From: an uncultured Candidatus Rokubacteria bacterium
GTDB taxonomy: Bacteria; Methylomirabilota; Methylomirabilia; Rokubacteriales; CSP1-6
NCBI GenBank assembly: GCA_963762145.1
Contig: CAVXJS010000021.1
Coordinates: forward strand, 1-64,000
Direction of reading: 5' to 3'
DNA length: 64,000 bases
The notes beneath the pieces were generated by a model. It saw only the letters and a list, made by a program, of their open reading frames with translations, was not told the origin of the DNA and ran no database searches. Positions 9,351 through 17,937 of this stretch are shown piece by piece. Positions within the stretch are counted from its first letter, which is position 1. The number at the start of each line of letters is the position of its first letter. Both the position numbers and the translations under genes were made by a program.

Positions 9351-10085
9351 CTACGCGGCCAGCTTCACCTTGTCGCCCACGACGCGCGCCAGGCGCAGCA
9401 GCATGAGCACCCGGATCACCACCCACGAGGGATCGAACTCGAAGCGGCCCATGCTGAACTTGGGGCTCGAGGGATACGCGTGGTGGTTGTTGTGCAGGCT
9501 CTCGCCGCCGGTGAGCCAGGCGAGCACGCGCAGGTTGGTGGCCGAGTTGTTGCCGAAGTTCCGCCGGCCCCACCAGTGGCCGAGGCCGTTGATGGATGGG
9601 GCCAGCACGAAGACGTAGAGCACGAAGTGGCTCACCGCCAGGAGCAGCCCCCAGGCGGGGCCGAGGACCAGCATGGCCGCGGCGATGCCGAGCACCCCGC
9701 CGAGCGTGCCCTTGTTGAAGAGCACGCGATCCCACACGTCGTCCCGGATGTCCTTGGCCCAGCGGGCGAGGGTCTCGGGGTTGCGGGCCTCGCGCACGTA
9801 GTAATAGACGTTCCAGAGCTGGATCTTCCAGAAGCCGTGGACGAGGGGGCTGTGGGGATCCCGCTCGGTGTCGGTGAAGGCGTGATGCTTGCGGTGCACC
9901 GCCACCCACTCGCGGCGGTTCTGGCCGGTCGTGAACCAGAGCACGAAGCGGAAGACCCAGTCCGCGAAGGGATGCAGATTGAGCGCGCGGTGCGCGAGCC
10001 CGCGGTGCAAGTACACCGACGTTGCGATGACGGCGGCTTGCGTTACCAGGAGCGTGCCGATCACGTACAGGAGCGGTCGAAGCAC
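9351..10085 (-). CDS. Fatty acid (acyl-CoA delta-9-type) desaturase
   Basis: Three His boxes HRGLAH, HRKHH and HNNHH, plus DPHSP. AAGGAG SD before GTG. Confidence 0.92.
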   Translation of the reverse strand: MLRPLLYVIGTLLVTQAAVIATSVYLHRGLAHRALNLHPFADWVFRFVLWFTTGQNRREWVAVHRKHHAFTDTERDPHSPLVHGFWKIQLWNVYYYVREARNPETLARWAKDIRDDVWDRVLFNKGTLGGVLGIAAAMLVLGPAWGLLLAVSHFVLYVFVLAPSINGLGHWWGRRNFGNNSATNLRVLAWLTGGESLHNNHHAYPSSPKFSMGRFEFDPSWVVIRVLMLLRLARVVGDKVKLAA

Positions 10086-10228
10086 GTATGGGTCTCCTTG
10101 TTCTTGGTTACTGCTCTAATTTTTGAGGGCGTTGGCTCGCGGGAACGCCGGCCCGACACCGCTGACCCTGGGAACCGGCACCGATGCAAGGCTAGCACAC
10201 TCCTCCGATTAGCAGGGGGACAAACGTG

Positions 10229-11050
10229 CTACGTCACCGTCTTGGGGTCGAGAAGGTCCCGCAGGCCGTCGCCCAGCAGGTTGAGCCCGAGAACGGTCAG
10301 CGCGATGGCGCCACCCGGGAAGATGGCATACCACGGGTTGAGGGTGAGAAAGGCCTGCGCCTCCCGCAACATGAGGCCCCACGACGGATTGGGGGGCTGG
10401 GTGCCGAGCCCCAGGTAAGACAGGCCCGCCTCGGCCAGGATGGCCACCGGGAAGCTGATGGTGGCCTGGACGATGAGCGGGGGCAGCGTGTTGGGTAGGA
10501 TGTGGCGGCCGATGACCGCGCCGTCACCGGCCCCGAGGGCGCGGGCCGCCACCACGAAGTCGCGGTCGCGAAACTCGAGGAAGCTCGCGCGGGTGAGACG
10601 CGCGAAGACGGGCAGAAAGGCGATGCCGATCGCGATCATGGAGATGGAGAGCGTGGGCCGGAACACCGCGGCGAGCAGGAGCGCGGAGAGGATGGCCGGG
10701 AAGCCCTGGATGGCGTCCACCAGGCGCATGAACCCCTCGTCCAGCCAACCGCCGAAGTAGCCGGACAGCATGCCGACGGCCACGCCCACCAGCATGCCGA
10801 TCGCCACCGCGATCACGCCGACCAGAATCGCGGTGATGGCGCCCCGCATCACCCGCGAGAGCAGGTCGCGCCCGAACTGATCGGTGCCCAGCGGGTGCGC
10901 GAGGGTCGGGCCCTGCAGGCGACCCGCGATCGACATCTCGAGCGGGTCCCGGGGCGTGTAGACCAGGCTCACCGCCGCGGTGGCGATCAGGATCAGGGTG
11001 ATGACGAGGCCGATCACGAAGGTGACGTGCCGGCCGGGACGCCTACGCAC
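10229..11050 (-). CDS. Peptide/nickel ABC transporter permease (DppC-like)
   Basis: HPLGTDQFGRDLLSR, FVVAARALGA (EAA loop), PSWGLML. GTG start is inferred. Confidence 0.9.
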   Translation of the reverse strand: MRRRPGRHVTFVIGLVITLILIATAAVSLVYTPRDPLEMSIAGRLQGPTLAHPLGTDQFGRDLLSRVMRGAITAILVGVIAVAIGMLVGVAVGMLSGYFGGWLDEGFMRLVDAIQGFPAILSALLLAAVFRPTLSISMIAIGIAFLPVFARLTRASFLEFRDRDFVVAARALGAGDGAVIGRHILPNTLPPLIVQATISFPVAILAEAGLSYLGLGTQPPNPSWGLMLREAQAFLTLNPWYAIFPGGAIALTVLGLNLLGDGLRDLLDPKTVT

Positions 11051-11061
11051 GGGCGATCGCC

Positions 11062-12006
11062 TCAGCCATAGCGGATGCGGGGATCGAGCAGGCCGTAGAG
11101 AATGTCCACCGCCGCGTTCACCATCACGATCATCGAGGCCACGAAGAGCACGACGCCCTGCACCACCGGCAGGTCCCTTGCGCTGATGGCGGCCAGGGTG
11201 AGCCGGCCGAGGCCCGGCAGGTAGAACACGGACTCCAGGATGATGCTGCCGGCGAGCAACTGGCCGAGCTGAACACCCGCCACCGTCACGATGGGGATCA
11301 GCGCGTTGCGCAGCGCGTGCCGGAAGAGCACCCGCCGCTCGGCCACGCCCTTGGCGCGCGCCGTCTTCACGTACTCCTCGCGCAGCACCTCGAGCACCGC
11401 CGAGCGCGTGGTGCGGGCCAGCACCGCGAACTGGAAGAGGCCCAGCGCCGCGGCAGGCATCAGCAGGGAGCGCAGCGCAGGCCAGAACCCCTGCGCCCAG
11501 CCGTCGAAGCCTCCGGCCCGGACCCAGCCGAGGTGGACCGAGAAGAAGAGTATCAGGAGCAGACCCGCCCAGAAGCCGGGGACCGCGACCCCGATCTGGG
11601 ACAGGGTCATCGTCAGATAGTCGCCCCAGCGGCGGTGCCGGGTTGCCGCGAAGACCCCGAGCGGGATGGCGGCCGCGATCATCAGCCCGGCGGCCAGCAG
11701 GGTGAGCGGCAGGGTCACGGTGAGCCGGGTCAGGATCAGGGTCGAGACCGGCAGGTCGTACTGGATCGAGCGACCCAGGTCGCCGCGGAGCGCCCGGCCC
11801 ACCCACTGCGCGTACTGGACCGGCATCGGGCGATCGAGCCCGAGCTCCTGCCGCACCCGGGCGACCGAGTCGGCGTTGGCCTCGAGGCCCAGGATGATGA
11901 GGGCCGGGTCGCCGGGCAGCACGCGAACCACCGCGAACACCAGGAGCGAGACGAAGACGAGGGTGGCGGCGAGTGCGGCGACGCGGCGGAAAACGTATCG
12001 CTGCAC
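11062..12006 (-). CDS. Peptide/nickel ABC transporter permease (DppB-like)
   Basis: PGDPA, GDLGRS, EYVKTARAKG, DLPVVQG, LDPRIR. Confidence 0.93.
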   Translation of the reverse strand: MQRYVFRRVAALAATLVFVSLLVFAVVRVLPGDPALIILGLEANADSVARVRQELGLDRPMPVQYAQWVGRALRGDLGRSIQYDLPVSTLILTRLTVTLPLTLLAAGLMIAAAIPLGVFAATRHRRWGDYLTMTLSQIGVAVPGFWAGLLLILFFSVHLGWVRAGGFDGWAQGFWPALRSLLMPAAALGLFQFAVLARTTRSAVLEVLREEYVKTARAKGVAERRVLFRHALRNALIPIVTVAGVQLGQLLAGSIILESVFYLPGLGRLTLAAISARDLPVVQGVVLFVASMIVMVNAAVDILYGLLDPRIRYG

Positions 12007-12011
12007 GACCT

Positions 12012-12102
12012 CCCCCTCACCCTGCCCTCTCCCCCGAGGCGGGGGAGAGGGAAAACCGCGATCCCACCCTCTCCCCGAAGGGGAGAGGGCAGGGTGAGGG
12101 GG
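12012..12102. repeat. REP/MITE-like palindromic element, copy 1
   Basis: Perfect 23-bp terminal inverted repeat CCCCCTCACCCTGCCCTCTCCCC (12012-12034) / GGGGAGAGGGCAGGGTGAGGGGG (12080-12102), with internal CCCTCTCCCC/GGGGAGAGGG hairpins. A second copy lies at 49022-49110. Confidence 0.85.
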
Positions 12103-12105
12103 GCG

Positions 12106-13611
12106 TCACTTCTGCCAGGCCACCTCGGACAGGTCGAGGACCGGGAGCGGCAGGTCCTTCCAGATACCGGTCACGCCCTTCTTGGTGACCACGAGCCGCG
12201 GGTGCATGTAGAGCCAGACCGCGGGCGCCTCGTCGGCCAGCATCTCCTGCATCTTCGTGTACAGCTCCTTCCGCTTCTTCTCGTCCACCGTGACTTGCGA
12301 ATCCTGGTAGAGCTTCTGGAACGCGGCGCTGTCCCAGCGGAAGTAGTACTTGGGATTGGCGAAGTTCCCGATGTCGAACGCCTCGGCGTGGCCGATGATC
12401 GACATGTCGTAATCGGGGTTCTGGCAGGGCGCCAGGCAGAAGACCTGCGAGAGCCACTGGCCCCACTCGATCTGCTGGATGCTGGCCTTGATGCCTACCT
12501 TGGCGAGCTGGCTCACGATGACCTCGGCCGAGCGCACCGTGTAGTAGTACTGCGGCGCGACCTTGAAGACCGCCTCGAAGCCGTTCGGATACCCGGCCTC
12601 GGCGAGGAGCTTCTTGGCCTTGGCCGGATCGTAGGCCACGCGCTTGGAGACGTCCACGAAGTAGGGGTTGGTCGGATCCACGTTGGAGCCGAGGACCTTC
12701 CCGTAGCCGAACATCGCCCCCTTGAGGACCTCGTCCTTGTTGATCGCGTGCGTGATGGCCAGGCGCACGCGCGGGTCCGAGAAGGGCTTCTTGCTGTTGT
12801 TCATCGAGAGCGTCACGTCGTTGGTGCTGTCGCCCACGATCACCTGGAAGCGCGCGTCCTTCTTGAGCTCATCCACGCTCTCGGGCCCGATGCCGAACGC
12901 GGAGACGTCCACGTCGCCGGCCTTGAGCGCGGCCAGGGCCGCGTTGGGATCGGGAATGAAGCGGAAGACCACCCGGTCCAGCTTGGGCAGCCCCTTGACC
13001 CAGTAGTCCTTGTTCTTCACGAGCACGATGCGGTCGTTACGCACCCACTCGGCCACCGTGAAGGGGCCGGTGCCCATCGGCTGGCTCTTGAGGGTCTCGA
13101 CCGCTTCCCGGGGATAGATCACCGAGCCCTGGCGCGCCATCGTGTAGAGGAAGGTCGCGTCCACCTTCTTGAGCGTCACCGTCACGGTGTAGTCGTCCTT
13201 GACGATCACGTCCTGGATGGCGTCGTACTGGGTGCGGTACGGGTGCTTGGTCTCCGGGTTCACCGCCCGGTCCAGCGCGAACTTCACGTCGGCCGCCTTC
13301 ATCTCGCGCCCGTTGTGGAAGCGCACGCCTTTTTTCAGGAAGAACGTGTAGTTCTTGCTGTCCGTCGTGTACCAGCGCTCGGCCAGCCACGGCACCATCT
13401 TGCCGGTGCGGTCGATCTTGATCAGCCCCTCCTGGACGTTGTCGAAGACCACCTGGGCGATGGCGGAGGAGGGGTTGGAGGTCAGATCGAGTCCGGGAGG
13501 CTCGGTGGCGAGCTGGATCACCAGGGTGCTGGGGGTCTGAGCTGCGACCGGCGCCGCAACCGCGGCCGCGCACAGCGCGGCGATCACCATGAGAATGCTG
13601 ACACGCTTCAT
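12106..13611 (-). CDS. Peptide/nickel ABC transporter substrate-binding protein (family 5)
   Basis: Signal peptide; LAERW, GVRFHNG, PMGTGPF, DPRVRLAI. Confidence 0.93.
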   Translation of the reverse strand: MKRVSILMVIAALCAAAVAAPVAAQTPSTLVIQLATEPPGLDLTSNPSSAIAQVVFDNVQEGLIKIDRTGKMVPWLAERWYTTDSKNYTFFLKKGVRFHNGREMKAADVKFALDRAVNPETKHPYRTQYDAIQDVIVKDDYTVTVTLKKVDATFLYTMARQGSVIYPREAVETLKSQPMGTGPFTVAEWVRNDRIVLVKNKDYWVKGLPKLDRVVFRFIPDPNAALAALKAGDVDVSAFGIGPESVDELKKDARFQVIVGDSTNDVTLSMNNSKKPFSDPRVRLAITHAINKDEVLKGAMFGYGKVLGSNVDPTNPYFVDVSKRVAYDPAKAKKLLAEAGYPNGFEAVFKVAPQYYYTVRSAEVIVSQLAKVGIKASIQQIEWGQWLSQVFCLAPCQNPDYDMSIIGHAEAFDIGNFANPKYYFRWDSAAFQKLYQDSQVTVDEKKRKELYTKMQEMLADEAPAVWLYMHPRLVVTKKGVTGIWKDLPLPVLDLSEVAWQK

Positions 13612-14573
13612 CCGAGTTTCCTCCCCGTGAAGAACTCCACCGTCCGCCGAAGGCCCTCGTCGAACTCCACCAGCGGCTCGTAGCCGAGATCCCGCTTGGC
13701 CGCGCTCACGTCGGCCAGGGTGTGCGGGACGTCGCCGGTGCGGGTCGGCGAGTGCTTGCGCTCGAACGGCCGTCCCAGCATCGTCTCCAGCTTGCCGATG
13801 ATCTCGAGCAGGCTCGTCCGGCTGCCGCAGCCCACGTTGTAGCTCTTCCCGGAGGCGCGGCTGGCCTCCGCCCGGGCGGCGAGCAGGTTGGCCGAGACCA
13901 CGTTGTCGATGTACGTGAAATCACGCGACTGGGTCCCGTCGCCGTGGACCTGGAGCGGCTTGCCGGTCTGTCCCCACAGGATGAAGCGCGGGATCACCGC
14001 CGCGTACTCGCTCTTGGGGTCCTGGCGGGGGCCGAAGACGTTGAAGTACCGCAGGCCCACCGTCTCGACGCCCATCAGGCGGCTCCACACCGAGGCGTAC
14101 AGCTCGCCGGTGACCTTGGTGGCCGCGTAGGGCGAGATGGGCGCCGTCGGCTGGTCCTCGCGCTTGGGCAGGTCGGGCCGGTCTCCGTACACGGACGACG
14201 ACGAGGCGTAGACCACGCGCGGCTTCTTCTTCTGGCGCGCCGCCGCGTGCAGCACGTGGAGCGTGCCCGTCACGTTCGAGGCATTGGCGCCCAGCGGGTC
14301 GGCGACCGAGCGGGGCACCGAGCGCATCGCGGCCTGATGGAAGACCGCGGTCACGCCCCGGACCGCCCGCTCCACCGTCTTGAGGTTGGCCAGCTCGCCG
14401 CGGATGATCTCGAGCCGCCGGTTACCCCGGGCGAAGTCGAGGTTGGCCCGGCTGCCGGTCGAGAAGTTGTCGAGCACCCGTACGCGGTGCCCCTCGGCGA
14501 GCAGCCGCTCGACGATGTGCGAGCCGATGAAGCCCGCGCCGCCGGTGACCAGGAAGAGAGATGAGGGAGCCAT
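13608..14573 (-). CDS. NAD-dependent epimerase/dehydratase (UDP-GlcNAc/Glc 4-epimerase, WbpP-like)
   Basis: VTGGAGFIGSH, ASSSSVYG, YAATK, LRYFNVFGPRQDP. Confidence 0.92.
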   Translation of the reverse strand: MAPSSLFLVTGGAGFIGSHIVERLLAEGHRVRVLDNFSTGSRANLDFARGNRRLEIIRGELANLKTVERAVRGVTAVFHQAAMRSVPRSVADPLGANASNVTGTLHVLHAAARQKKKPRVVYASSSSVYGDRPDLPKREDQPTAPISPYAATKVTGELYASVWSRLMGVETVGLRYFNVFGPRQDPKSEYAAVIPRFILWGQTGKPLQVHGDGTQSRDFTYIDNVVSANLLAARAEASRASGKSYNVGCGSRTSLLEIIGKLETMLGRPFERKHSPTRTGDVPHTLADVSAAKRDLGYEPLVEFDEGLRRTVEFFTGRKLG

Positions 14574-14622
14574 AAGTGTGCGTGAACAGCGAGTTAAGTA
14601 TGGCGGTGGGGGCGGGATAAAG

Positions 14623-15195
14623 TCAATGAACAGAACCGTCGGCCGCACGCCCGGCCCAGGCGGAGGCGGCGAGCACGTGGTAGGTCGCCGCCACACCCTT
14701 GTATTCCCGGACCCCGCGCCGCTCGAAGCCGAGCTTGTCCAGCACGCGCTGCGAGGCCTGGTTTGCCGGATAGGTCACGGCCACCACGCGGGGCAGCCCG
14801 AGCGGGCCGAGCGCGTGGGCCACCAGGGCGGCGGCCGCCTCGGTGGCGATCCCCTGGCCCCAGGCGCTTCGCGCCAGCCGGTAGGCGACCTCGACATCGC
14901 CAGCAGCGGGCACATCGCCACCATCGGGCATCCGGATGAGAGCGCCGACGCCGAGGAACGCGCCGTCGCTCCGGGCCTCGATCCGCCAGAACCCCAGGGG
15001 CTCGTAGTCGCCGCCCTGCTCCTCGCGGATGCGCATCCGCGCGCGCTCCCGCGTCTCGGCCGGGCTCTTGACCCCGGCCGGACTGCCCACGTACCGCATC
15101 ACCTCCGGGTCGCTGTCGAGCGCCACCAGGTCGGCCTCGTCGGAGGGAGCCAGCGCGCGTAGTCGGAGCCGGAGCGTCTCGAGCGTGGGGACCAT
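14623..15195 (-). CDS. GNAT N-acetyltransferase (RimJ/RimL family)
   Basis: LETLRLRLR, AWGQGIATEAA, NQASQRVLDKLGF. Confidence 0.9.
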   Translation of the reverse strand: MVPTLETLRLRLRALAPSDEADLVALDSDPEVMRYVGSPAGVKSPAETRERARMRIREEQGGDYEPLGFWRIEARSDGAFLGVGALIRMPDGGDVPAAGDVEVAYRLARSAWGQGIATEAAAALVAHALGPLGLPRVVAVTYPANQASQRVLDKLGFERRGVREYKGVAATYHVLAASAWAGRAADGSVH

Positions 15196-15224
15196 GGCGG
15201 ACGTGCCTCCTCTCTTAGCACAGC

Positions 15225-15309
15225 GGGGTCAGGTCTTACATTCCGACATTTCGTCTCGGGGCGGCAGAACCAGCGCGCCTTGCGATGTCGGAATGTAAGA
15301 CCTGACCCC
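15225..15309. repeat. REP-like perfect 25-bp inverted repeat in a divergent intergenic region
   Basis: GGGGTCAGGTCTTACATTCCGACAT (15225-15249) and its exact reverse complement (15285-15309), separated by 35 nt. Confidence 0.85.
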
Positions 15310-15419
15310 ATCGCGGCGGACGCCTTGACTGCCCGGGCCCCCGCGGCTATTGTTCCTGCACCCAGATGCTCGGTTCCCACCCTGCGCCATCCGTCGCGCT
15401 TCACCGCAAGGAGGCATTC

Positions 15420-16958
15420 ATGCGCCGTATCCTCATCGCTGGCTTCGTCCTGCTCTTCGTGGTCGGCCTCGGGCTCGTCCCGCCGGCTTCCGCCCAGACC
15501 AGGGAAGAGACCCTGATCTACTCGCTGCAGTCCGACATCGATAACTGGGACCCGCCCAACTCGGTGCTCCGCGAGGCCATCATTCTCGGCTACCACGTCT
15601 TCGACCACCTGGCGGTCCGTGACCTCAAGACCCGGAAGGTCGGGCCGAACCTGGCCATCTCGTGGAAGGCGATCGACGACACCACCTGGGAGGTGAAGCT
15701 CCGCCAGGGCGTCAAGTTCCACGACGGCACCCCCTTCACCGCCAAGGACGTCAAGGCCACGTTCGACCGCGTGCTGGACCCCACCAAGAAGATGACCGCG
15801 CGGGGCAACCACGCCAAGATCAAGACGGTCGAGATCGTGGACGACTACACGGTCCGCTTCCGGACCGACGGGCCCTACCCGCTCTTCGTGGAGCGGCTCA
15901 CCGCCCAGGTCATGCAGTCCGAGAAGGTGATCCGCGAGAAGGGCCACGACTTCATGCAGGAGAACCCGATCGGCACCGGGCCCTACAAGCTGGTCAAGTG
16001 GAGCCGGAAGCAGGAGCACATGCTGGTGCGCAACGACGACTACTGGGGGGCCAAGCCGGCCTTCAAGTACGTGAAGGTCCGCATCATCCCCGAGAAGGCC
16101 ACCGAGATCGCCGAGCTGCTCTCGGGCGGCGTGGACATCATCAAGGCGATCCCGCCCGACCAGATGGACGTCATCAACAAGTCGGGCAACGCGCGCACCG
16201 CGACGTCGCCGATCCTGCGCACCGCGATGCTGCAGCTGGACCAGGCCGCGCGCAGCGGCCCGAACCCCTTCACCGACAAGCGGGTCCGCCAGGCCGCCAA
16301 CCTCGCGGTGGACACCGACGGCATCATCAAGCACGTGCTCAACGGGCTCGGGGACCGCACCTCCACCGGCATCAACCCGATGGCCTTCGGCTGGGACGCG
16401 AACCTCAAGCCCTACAAGCAGGACATCGCCGCGGCCAAGAAGCTCCTGACCGAGGCCGGCTTCCCGAACGGGGTGGACATCGTGTTCCATGAGGGCCCGC
16501 CGATCGTCGAGCCCGCGATCCAGCAGACCAACGACGCGATCGTGGCCGACATGACCAAGGCCGGCTTCCGCGTGAAGCGCAACTTCATCGGCGACAACAC
16601 GGTGCTGGTGGCGCGGATCAAGGACGGCAAGGCCGGCTCCATGTTCAACTGGTCCTGGGGCTACTACTCGGTGTTCGACGCCGACGCGATCCTCTACGAC
16701 GTCTTCAAGTGCGGCGAGAACTACAGCTACTACTGCAACCCCGCGCTGGACGACCTGATCATCCAGGGCCGCTCCACGCTGGACGCCAAGAAGCGGACCG
16801 AGACCTACGTGAAGGCCCAGAAGCTGCTCTTCGACGAGGCGGCCTACCTCTACAAGTGGGGGCTGCGCGGCGTGTGGGGCATCTCGAATCGGGTCGACTA
16901 CGAGGCGCCCGCCGACGAAGTGGACCGGATGTTCATCGTGACGCCGCGGAAGAAGTAA
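15420..16958 (+). CDS. Peptide ABC transporter substrate-binding protein (family 5)
   Basis: AAGGAGG SD; signal peptide MRRILIAG; GVKFHDG, PIGTGPYK, DKRVRQA. Confidence 0.93.
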   Translation: MRRILIAGFVLLFVVGLGLVPPASAQTREETLIYSLQSDIDNWDPPNSVLREAIILGYHVFDHLAVRDLKTRKVGPNLAISWKAIDDTTWEVKLRQGVKFHDGTPFTAKDVKATFDRVLDPTKKMTARGNHAKIKTVEIVDDYTVRFRTDGPYPLFVERLTAQVMQSEKVIREKGHDFMQENPIGTGPYKLVKWSRKQEHMLVRNDDYWGAKPAFKYVKVRIIPEKATEIAELLSGGVDIIKAIPPDQMDVINKSGNARTATSPILRTAMLQLDQAARSGPNPFTDKRVRQAANLAVDTDGIIKHVLNGLGDRTSTGINPMAFGWDANLKPYKQDIAAAKKLLTEAGFPNGVDIVFHEGPPIVEPAIQQTNDAIVADMTKAGFRVKRNFIGDNTVLVARIKDGKAGSMFNWSWGYYSVFDADAILYDVFKCGENYSYYCNPALDDLIIQGRSTLDAKKRTETYVKAQKLLFDEAAYLYKWGLRGVWGISNRVDYEAPADEVDRMFIVTPRKK

Positions 16959-16970
16959 GCCGAGCGTTTT

Positions 16971-17008
16971 CGGGGCCGATCGGCGCACCGCCGCGCCGGT
17001 CGGCCTCG
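16971..17008 (+). other. GC-rich stem-loop between the SBP and permease genes
   Basis: CGGGGCCGATCGGCGC-ACCGCC-GCGCCGGTCGGCCTCG (stem includes G-U pairs). Confidence 0.55.
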
Positions 17009-17016
17009 CTTTCGTC

Positions 17017-17937
17017 ATGAAGCGTTACGCGCTCCGCCAGCTCATCCAGCTCGCGGTCGTCATCGTCGGGATCTCCATGCTGGCCTTCGCGATCCTGCAC
17101 GTCATCGGCGACCCGGTCACCCTGCTCCTGCCCCAGAACGCGGGCAAGGAGGAGTACGCGCGCTACTACAAGCTGCTCGGGCTCGACCAGCCGGTGTACG
17201 TGCAGTACTGGAAGTTCGCGAGCCGCGCGGTGCAGGGCGACTTCGGCAAGTCCTGGTACACCGACACTCCCGCCTTCAAGCTCGTGATGGAGCGCATGCC
17301 GCCGACGCTCTACCTCACCTTCGCCGGCCTGGGCATGGCGCTCCTGATCTCCCTGCCCCTGGGCATCCTGGCCGCGCTCAAGCGGCACTCGCTGGTCGAC
17401 AACCTGTGCACGGTGGTCGCGGTGGCGGGCCAGGCGATGCCGCTCTTCTGGCTCGGCATCATGCTCATCATCATCTTCGCGGTGCGGCTCAAGGCGCTGC
17501 CCGCCTCCGGCTACGGAACCTGGCAGCACTTCCTCATGCCCGCCTTCACGCTCGGCGCCTTCCTGGCTCCGATCACCATGCGCCTCGTCCGCTCCGGCGT
17601 GATCGAGGTCATGAGCACGGACTACATCAAGACCGCGCGCGCGAAGGGCGTGGCGGAGTGGATGGTGGTGGCCAAGCACGCCTTCCGCAACGCGTGCATC
17701 CCGGTGATCACCGTGCTCGGGCTGCAGTTCGGCCAGCTCCTGGGCGGCGCGGTCGTCACCGAGACCGTCTTCGCCTGGCCCGGCGTGGCGACCCTGACGG
17801 TGGACTCGATCCGCAACCAGGACTTCCCGGTGGTGCAGTGCGCGGTGGTGCTGCTGGCCCTGATCATCGTCGCCGTCAACTTCGTGGTGGACATGGTGGT
17901 CGGCTACATCGACCCCCGCATCCGGGTGGGCACGTGA
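17017..17937 (+). CDS. Peptide ABC permease (DppB-like)
   Basis: GDFGKS, DYIKTARAKG, DFPVVQ, IDPRIR. Confidence 0.93.
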   Translation: MKRYALRQLIQLAVVIVGISMLAFAILHVIGDPVTLLLPQNAGKEEYARYYKLLGLDQPVYVQYWKFASRAVQGDFGKSWYTDTPAFKLVMERMPPTLYLTFAGLGMALLISLPLGILAALKRHSLVDNLCTVVAVAGQAMPLFWLGIMLIIIFAVRLKALPASGYGTWQHFLMPAFTLGAFLAPITMRLVRSGVIEVMSTDYIKTARAKGVAEWMVVAKHAFRNACIPVITVLGLQFGQLLGGAVVTETVFAWPGVATLTVDSIRNQDFPVVQCAVVLLALIIVAVNFVVDMVVGYIDPRIRVGT

